From the NCBI GenBank assembly GCA_963751575.1, contig CAVVUX010000003.1, forward strand, positions 401,358-465,357: DNA of 64,000 nt, read 5' to 3'. The DNA is from an uncultured Chloroflexia bacterium (GTDB lineage: Bacteria > Chloroflexota > Anaerolineae > Anaerolineales > UBA11858). A program made the translations under genes and the position numbers. Positions within the stretch are counted from its first letter, which is position 1; every line of letters starts with the position of its first letter. Under the pieces are notes generated by a model. It was not told the DNA's origin, searched no databases, and saw only the letters and a list, made by a program, of their open reading frames with translations. This document shows positions 58,026 through 64,000 of this stretch, piece after piece.

Positions 58026-59483
58026 ATGAATCTCATCAAGAATGTGTTCCGCCGATTTTTAGAGCCGTTCCGATCATTAAATGGCTTTAATACTGGGCTG
58101 CTGCTGGTTTTCATCTTGATCAATGGGATAGTATTGGTCAATGCCAGTCTGCATGATCCCCGGATTGGTTATGACTCCACAGAACATCTGCGATATATCA
58201 AAGCTTTGTCCGAATGGCGGCTCGTGCGCCCGGGTGACTCGTTCGAGTTTTTCTCACCACCTCTGCCTTACTTGCTTCCAGCCCTGCTTGTTTCGATAAC
58301 TGGCATGAAATTGTTCTGGGCCGCTAAGATGGCTCAATTGTTTAACTTCTTATTGTCTGTTGGTACAACATGGTACTTGATTAAGATCTGCCAATTGATC
58401 AATCCAAGACCTATATTTAAAATCGGAACACTGGTGTTTTTAGGCATCCTTCCAGTGTATTACAAGACATTTGCCTTTGTCCGGGGTGAACCATTTGTGG
58501 TCTTTTTTGCTCTGGTCATGGTTTACTACTTTCTGAAGATTTCTGTTAAAGAACAATTTAATCTGGCAAATGGTGCAGTTTTGGGGACCATGATGGGATT
58601 AAGCGCCCTTTCACGGCAGTGGGGATTTTTCCTTTTCCCATCAATATTCCTCTTTTTAATATTCAAATGGCTTATACAGCCAAAATTGCGAAAACCGATC
58701 TTTTCTATTTTATTACTCTGCTCCGGGCTGATCATCCTCATTACTGGCTGGTTTTACCTATCCCTTTATCAGAGATACGGCTCGATAACTGCATTTAACA
58801 GGGATTCCAGGCCGCAATTCTCATTTGATAACCAACCGAGGAGTTTCTACCGGGGAATGAGCCAGGAGATCTTATTTGATAATCCAATCAGACCAGCTTT
58901 TCCGAATCAATTTGTGCCAATGTTCTATTCGGAAATATGGGGAGATTACTGGGGTTACTTTTCGATCTACGGTCTTGATACCAGGATACCAAAATTCTTG
59001 AATGCGTACGAGGTGAACAAAGCGCTTGTGGCAGGCATCCAACCTGGCTGGCTTAAAACAAACATTGATACATTTGGCGCGTATCTTGGCCGCGTCAACC
59101 TGGTTTCGATCTTTCCATCCTTGTTGATGGGCTTGGCAGTTGCCCACGCCCTGGTAGTAATCTTTCTACCCCGAAACAAGAGTCCGATATCTCGTGCTCA
59201 AAAAGAGCTTTTTTCCTTTCTCCTGCTCACAATCCTGATCGTCTGTACAGGGTATGCCTGGTTCCTGATCATGTATCCCAGTCTTAAAACCGGGGACACC
59301 ATCAAGGCAGCCTATTTACTTCATGTATTCCCTCTTATCGCACTTATGGTAGGCGGATTGATCGATTTGATCGATCAGAAATTCAACAATCTTTCCAGGG
59401 GGATCCTTGGAGTTCTGGGCCTGGTCTACATCCATAATTTCCTCACGATTATCACCCATTATCCCCTGTATCTATTGCATTAA
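58026..59483 (+). CDS. GT-C membrane glycosyltransferase (ArnT/PMT_2-like)
   Basis: 485 aa, at least 10 TM helices, N-terminal loop with D/E residues (HDPRIGYDSTEH). Assignment rests on architecture. Confidence 0.65.
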   Translation: MNLIKNVFRRFLEPFRSLNGFNTGLLLVFILINGIVLVNASLHDPRIGYDSTEHLRYIKALSEWRLVRPGDSFEFFSPPLPYLLPALLVSITGMKLFWAAKMAQLFNFLLSVGTTWYLIKICQLINPRPIFKIGTLVFLGILPVYYKTFAFVRGEPFVVFFALVMVYYFLKISVKEQFNLANGAVLGTMMGLSALSRQWGFFLFPSIFLFLIFKWLIQPKLRKPIFSILLLCSGLIILITGWFYLSLYQRYGSITAFNRDSRPQFSFDNQPRSFYRGMSQEILFDNPIRPAFPNQFVPMFYSEIWGDYWGYFSIYGLDTRIPKFLNAYEVNKALVAGIQPGWLKTNIDTFGAYLGRVNLVSIFPSLLMGLAVAHALVVIFLPRNKSPISRAQKELFSFLLLTILIVCTGYAWFLIMYPSLKTGDTIKAAYLLHVFPLIALMVGGLIDLIDQKFNNLSRGILGVLGLVYIHNFLTIITHYPLYLLH

Positions 59484-59534
59484 AGCGGGCAGTCGATGCT
59501 GATCCCGGGGAAATACACAGCAGGTCCATTTTTC

Positions 59535-59563
59535 TTGACATTTCCCCTCTGAAAAGATACAAT
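59535..59563 (+). promoter_or_regulatory. Consensus sigma-70-type promoter for tRNA-Lys (TTGACA-17-TACAAT)
   Basis: TTGACA at 59535-59540, 17-nt spacer, TACAAT at 59558-59563, 11 nt before the tRNA 5' end. Confidence 0.65.
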
Positions 59564-59574
59564 CTTCCCACTTC

Positions 59575-59647
<73 letters not shown>

Positions 59648-59679
59648 CTGAAAAAAACCATAGTGCTCCTATTTCTTTC

Positions 59680-59708
59680 AACCCGTCAGCAAGACGGGTT
59701 ATTCTTTT
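59680..59708 (+). terminator. Intrinsic terminator after tRNA-Lys
   Basis: AACCCGTC-agcaa-GACGGGTT followed by ATTCTTTT. Confidence 0.7.
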
Positions 59709-59856
59709 AGGAAAAATTGGCAACAAAATTACTTAATTATCAAGTCTGGGAACTTATCAATCGTTCAAACCGTCTAAGTGCAGAGACGAGATCAAACAAC
59801 ATTAAAGATCAGTTTGGAATCGAGGGATTGACCATTTTCCTCGATCAGGAGGGTTA

Positions 59857-60960
59857 TTGAAGACCAATTGGATATTGATCACTAGCATCACACTACTGCT
59901 GGTCATCCTGACTGGGGCCTGTGGAAAAGGGCAGCCAACCGGAGAAACCACAATTATGGCAGAACCTGGATTAACTGTGTCTGCTACTCCAGCACCAGAA
60001 GTAGCTCAGCCAACAGCTGAATCTGAAGAGTCAGTTCCCGAGATCACTGCCCGGCGATATACATTCGATCAGCTGGGAATATCACTCGAGATACCTGCAG
60101 AGCTGGGAGTAACGATAGATCTCCATGTTGATTATGAAGATGCCAGCAAACTGGACGCCTACCTATTCTACATCCAATATTCCAACTCACCAGGAGGAGC
60201 AGGCTCTGGCAATTTTCAAATGTATGGTTTCCTGCAATTTGTAGGGATTCCTCCCATATCCTGGGAGGAGTTTTCCAGCAATACAATAAATTCAAGCATG
60301 AACGCCTATGCCAATGAAATCAATATCAATGGTGTCAGGGGCTATGATACACAGCTTTCCGGGGAAAGGAACCGCTTCGTCTACCTCTTTTATTTAGATG
60401 GACATATCCTTTCCATTGCAGTATCTGATCCAACCGAGGAAAACAAAGCCTTAGCTGACCAGATTCTGAGCACGCTGGAATTCAATCCGGAAAAACTTAC
60501 TGATGCTAGCCAGGTCCAGCTAATTCAAGAACCTAGCGGATACTACCGGATTTACATCCCCGCTGATTGGAAATTCTCCTTTAACAATACAGCAGGTGCT
60601 AAATTATCAGATCTTGAAGCATCATCTCCAGATGCAAAGCTCTTGGCCGGGGAAACTGATGGATCTAATTCAATGCTTTCTTATCAGTCGGGTGTGTTCC
60701 TGAATTTGAGTGTGCTGGATGATGATTCTGCCTTGGCTGAACCTGCCCCGGCAGCGATCCATTCTGCTACCACTATCATGCTGGCTGGCATAGAGGGGAC
60801 CAGTTATGTGTTTGCTGAACCCAGCATTGGAGCAGGGGAAATCAGGGAAGTCCGCTTCTACACCGAGGGAAAAAGCTTCCTCCTCAGGTTTGGATATGCA
60901 CCGGATGTTGATCAGGTCATGCTCGATTGGATCATCAGAAGCTTTGAGATCGCGTCCTGA
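59857..60960 (+). CDS. Hypothetical lipoprotein
   Basis: 367 aa. TTG start after AGGAGGG, lipobox LTGAC GKG. No family recognised. Confidence 0.65.
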   Translation: MKTNWILITSITLLLVILTGACGKGQPTGETTIMAEPGLTVSATPAPEVAQPTAESEESVPEITARRYTFDQLGISLEIPAELGVTIDLHVDYEDASKLDAYLFYIQYSNSPGGAGSGNFQMYGFLQFVGIPPISWEEFSSNTINSSMNAYANEININGVRGYDTQLSGERNRFVYLFYLDGHILSIAVSDPTEENKALADQILSTLEFNPEKLTDASQVQLIQEPSGYYRIYIPADWKFSFNNTAGAKLSDLEASSPDAKLLAGETDGSNSMLSYQSGVFLNLSVLDDDSALAEPAPAAIHSATTIMLAGIEGTSYVFAEPSIGAGEIREVRFYTEGKSFLLRFGYAPDVDQVMLDWIIRSFEIAS

Positions 60961-60997
60961 CCAAAGAATATCAAACCTGGGGATCAGACCTTGATTC

Positions 60998-61028
60998 AAA
61001 AAACCGCTCGTAGGAGCGGTTTTTCTTT
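60998..61028. terminator. Bidirectional intrinsic terminator
   Basis: A6-CCGCTC-gtag-GAGCGG-T5, between convergent genes ending at 60960 (+) and 61141 (-). Confidence 0.8.
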
Positions 61029-61140
61029 CAGCACGGCTCAGCTGTGAATTCAATCAATCCTCCCGCAGAAAAAACAACCCACCAGCAGCAGGCTATTTAG
61101 GCGATTGAAAGAATATTTTTACTTCCGTCTCCTCCGGAAC

Positions 61141-62241
61141 TTATAAATCTGGCTTGTTGCGGCGGGCGATCTCCCGGCGAACTTCCGGCGCTACCACTGT
61201 TCCGAACAGCTCAACCGCCCGCAGCATTTTCTTGTGCTCGATTGCGTTGTTCCCCATGTAAATCAAAAAACGCTGATGATTAAAGATCTCATGCTGATAA
61301 AGGATCTTTTCGATGATCTCCTCCGGAGAACCCACAAAATCAGACCCCTCAAGCAAACGCTGGGTTTCCAACTGCTCCCGGGATGTTGGTCCCCAGCCAC
61401 GTTCCTGGCCGATCTTATTCATCATCAGGGTAGCATGCGGATAAAATTCGTCCACAGCGGTCTGAGAATCATCAGCAATATAGCCATGTGAATTAACACT
61501 AAGAGGAATCCTGGATGGATCAAAACCATATTCGAGTGATGTCTTGCGGTAAAGATCAAAAAATGGCGCGAACCTTTTTGGCATTCCCCCGATGATCGCA
61601 AAAGCCATCGGCAAGCCCAGGGATGCTGCCCTTTTTGATGATTCTGGCGAACCTCCCACAGCCACCCAGAGGGGAATGCTCTCCTGGATAGGGCGCGGAT
61701 AAATGGTCCGGTCGATCAGTGGTGAACGGAAATTTCCTGTCCAATTGATAATCTCATTATCGGTTAATTGAGTTAAAAGTCTCAGCTTTTCTTCGAAAAG
61801 ATCCCCGTAATCGTTGAGGTCATAGCCAAATAAAGAAAAAGACTCGATAAATGAACCTCTGCCAGCCATGATTTCCGCCCTGCCGCCTGAGATCAGATCC
61901 AGGGTCGAAAAACTTTGGAATACCCGAACCGGATCATCTGAACTAAGCACGGTTACTGCTGTTGATAGACGGATGTTTTTTGTTCTGGCAGCTGCGGCAG
62001 CCAGGATCACCACCGGAGCTGATGCCAGATACTCCTGGCGGTGATGTTCACCAATGGCAATCAGATCGAGACCGGTTTGATCGGCAAGTTCAATGACTTC
62101 CAGCTGATTTGCCATCACTTCCCCAGGTGGTTTTGTCGCCCCGGAAATGTTGTTTGTGCCATCATCGATGAATGTGTAAAGCCCAAGCTCAAATGGACGG
62201 TCGGTGTTTTTCAGAGATGCTGTCATTTTAATCCTCACCAA
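61141..62241 (-). CDS. LLM-class (luciferase-like) flavin-dependent oxidoreductase
   Basis: 366 aa. ...IAIGEHH..., the LSTAVTVL...DP region and the overall LLM pattern. Confidence 0.8.
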   Translation of the reverse strand: MVRIKMTASLKNTDRPFELGLYTFIDDGTNNISGATKPPGEVMANQLEVIELADQTGLDLIAIGEHHRQEYLASAPVVILAAAAARTKNIRLSTAVTVLSSDDPVRVFQSFSTLDLISGGRAEIMAGRGSFIESFSLFGYDLNDYGDLFEEKLRLLTQLTDNEIINWTGNFRSPLIDRTIYPRPIQESIPLWVAVGGSPESSKRAASLGLPMAFAIIGGMPKRFAPFFDLYRKTSLEYGFDPSRIPLSVNSHGYIADDSQTAVDEFYPHATLMMNKIGQERGWGPTSREQLETQRLLEGSDFVGSPEEIIEKILYQHEIFNHQRFLIYMGNNAIEHKKMLRAVELFGTVVAPEVRREIARRNKPDL

Positions 62242-62557
62242 TAATTTCCCATCCTGTAAAAATAAAGAGATGATTTCTCATCTGATGGGAGGTCTGTTCA
62301 AATACTCAATTTACCTAGTGTAGCCCCACAAAGCTGATCAGGACTGACAATTCCGTGGTTCTAATGAATTGTTAAAAGTGAAAAGCAGCTCATGATCAAC
62401 CATGAAATGCATTCTGACTGGATCAATTGATTAATCCTGCTTTGGCTGGTGCATATTCAATCCTAATGATTCCAGATCCCCCTGTCCCAGGCTAATTCCA
62501 CACTAAATTTGCTGGAGTGATTTATAATAGTAGTCTCACAAAGAGTACAGGTGATCT

Positions 62558-62770
62558 ATGAATGTATCAAAAGCAATCCTCATTGTCATAGTCGTCATGT
62601 TGTTGATCCTGATCTTTTTTGCGCTGACAGGGATTGACGTCCGCAAACCTGAACAGGCTGCTGTCAAGCTGATTGATAAACTGGGTCAATTGAATCGGGC
62701 ATTAAACAGGATGGTTAGCAACTTTATCTATAATATCCGGAGCAGCTTCCAGGAACGTTTTTCACGCTAA
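62558..62770 (+). CDS. Small hypothetical membrane protein
   Basis: 70 aa with one N-terminal TM helix (AILIVIVVMLLILIFFALTG). TATAAT-like box about 30 nt upstream. No family. Confidence 0.4.
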   Translation: MNVSKAILIVIVVMLLILIFFALTGIDVRKPEQAAVKLIDKLGQLNRALNRMVSNFIYNIRSSFQERFSR

Positions 62771-62933
62771 TTCATCATATCCAAACAAATGGCTTGTTAC
62801 TAACGCTGCATTTTTTCAGCGCCAGTATCCAAGAATAAGAACAATTCCTCCGGGCAGCAGTTCTGCTGTTGGAGCTGCGGATGAAGATATATTCAATGGC
62901 ATTCAGGAAGTTCATCAACTAGCTACTATGAAG

Positions 62934-63491
62934 TCATAAACCCAGCAGGTCTGCTTCCTGCTGCATTGCATTCAAAACAAGTCCTGTAAAATCCTCCAGG
63001 CTGATATTCAGATTCTTTTCGCAGGACATGATCTTTGCCCGGTCAACGCTGGCAGCGAAGGACTTAGAGCCGAATTTCTTCAAGACCGACTCAACACTTA
63101 CACCAGCTAGTTTTCCAGGGTTTACCAGGGACACAGCAACAATTAATCCCGTTAGATCATCGCAGCTGAGCAAAGCAAACTCCATCCTGGTTTGGGGTGT
63201 CTTCCCGGTATATTCAGATGCATGGGACTGAATAGCGCGGATGATCTCAGGGTCAACATCTTCGTCGGCCAGTATTTCAGCCAAAAGGATCGTATGCCGA
63301 CCCATATCATCCTTGGTTTGTTCATAGTCTGCATCATGCAATAATCCTACAATTTCCCAGGTCGCTGGATCACCACCGAACTCTTCAGCCAAACCTTTCA
63401 TCGCAGCAGCGACGCCGTAATGATGTTTCCGGAGATTGGAATTCTTGATATTTTTATGAAGTATTCTTAAGGCATCATCTTTTGATAACAT
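62934..63491 (-). CDS. HD-domain phosphohydrolase
   Basis: 185 aa. H...HH.GVA... and the LLHDADYE metal-binding motif. Confidence 0.8.
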   Translation of the reverse strand: MLSKDDALRILHKNIKNSNLRKHHYGVAAAMKGLAEEFGGDPATWEIVGLLHDADYEQTKDDMGRHTILLAEILADEDVDPEIIRAIQSHASEYTGKTPQTRMEFALLSCDDLTGLIVAVSLVNPGKLAGVSVESVLKKFGSKSFAASVDRAKIMSCEKNLNISLEDFTGLVLNAMQQEADLLGL

Positions 63492-63646
63492 GGATTTCCT
63501 CGCTAGATCTTAGAAAAAAGTATATCAAACTTCCCCGGCAATAAACACTCATCCATAATCTAACAATCCCCTCCAAACAGGACCAGGAACAAATAGTATG
63601 ATTTAATATGACTTAAACACGAATCATATTTGACCGGGATCTTTCC

Positions 63647-64000
63647 ATGACCGATAATCCAGCCTTGAAAGACATGTTTAACCAGGATAGTGTTGGAGCA
63701 TTAGCTGATGCTCTTGCTTCAGAGTATCCGTCCTTCCCTCAAACAGTATTTATCAAGAAGGTGTTTGATGCAAACTGGCAGGATTTAGCACTCAAAGCCA
63801 GGGTCCGGCATATTACCCTGATCATAAGTGATTTCCTGCCCCAAGATTATCAGGACAGCCTGGAAATCCTAATCAAGACCCTGCCGCACCTTTCAGAGCA
63901 GGGATTTGAAAAAATGATCTTCCCGGATTTTGTAGAAGTATTTGGCCAGGAGGAATTGGAACTTTCTCTGGATGCCCTGGAAGAGATTACCAAACACATC
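63647..64000 (+). CDS. DNA alkylation repair (AlkC/AlkD-like HEAT-repeat) protein, 5' partial
   Basis: Open from the ATG at 63647 to the window end. N-terminus ...LKDMFNQDSVGALADALASEYPSFPQTVFIKKVFDANWQDLALKARVRHI resembles this family as remembered. Confidence 0.5.
   Translation, partial: MTDNPALKDMFNQDSVGALADALASEYPSFPQTVFIKKVFDANWQDLALKARVRHITLIISDFLPQDYQDSLEILIKTLPHLSEQGFEKMIFPDFVEVFGQEELELSLDALEEITKHI

Overview
This 64-kb window is mostly ordinary chromosomal core genome. Gene content suggests a monoderm, Chloroflexota/Anaerolineae-like bacterium: a T-box leader, the yqeY-HIT-mtaB / pgpH-ybeY-dgkA neighbourhood, many lipoproteins, and Pro/Thr-rich linkers. This taxon call is a low-confidence inference. 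About 60 protein genes are supported. They include guaB, rarA, hom, ogt, dnaE, a tandem PFK, hutU, ugd, pheST, etfBA with an acyl-CoA dehydrogenase, and methylmalonyl-CoA epimerase and mutase. There is also one tRNA-Lys(CUU), one Phe T-box leader, several intrinsic terminators and three near-consensus sigma-70-type promoters. I found no CRISPR array, transposase, integrase, prophage or recognisable defence island, and no convincing novel multi-gene system. The most notable unexplained structure is a dispersed family of seven 33-39 bp perfect palindromes in intergenic DNA. It occurs in two module-swapped forms and shows compensatory substitutions. Other points of note follow. At least 13 single-base frameshifts interrupt 10 otherwise well-conserved genes; dnaE has two and etfA has three, and sequencing indels are the most likely cause. 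The 743-aa PFK is of the eukaryote-like duplicated type. An 11-bp palindrome, ACCTC-S-GAGGT, occurs three times around an orphan corrinoid-protein gene. GATC is visibly over-represented. An AT-rich patch surrounds one lipoprotein gene.
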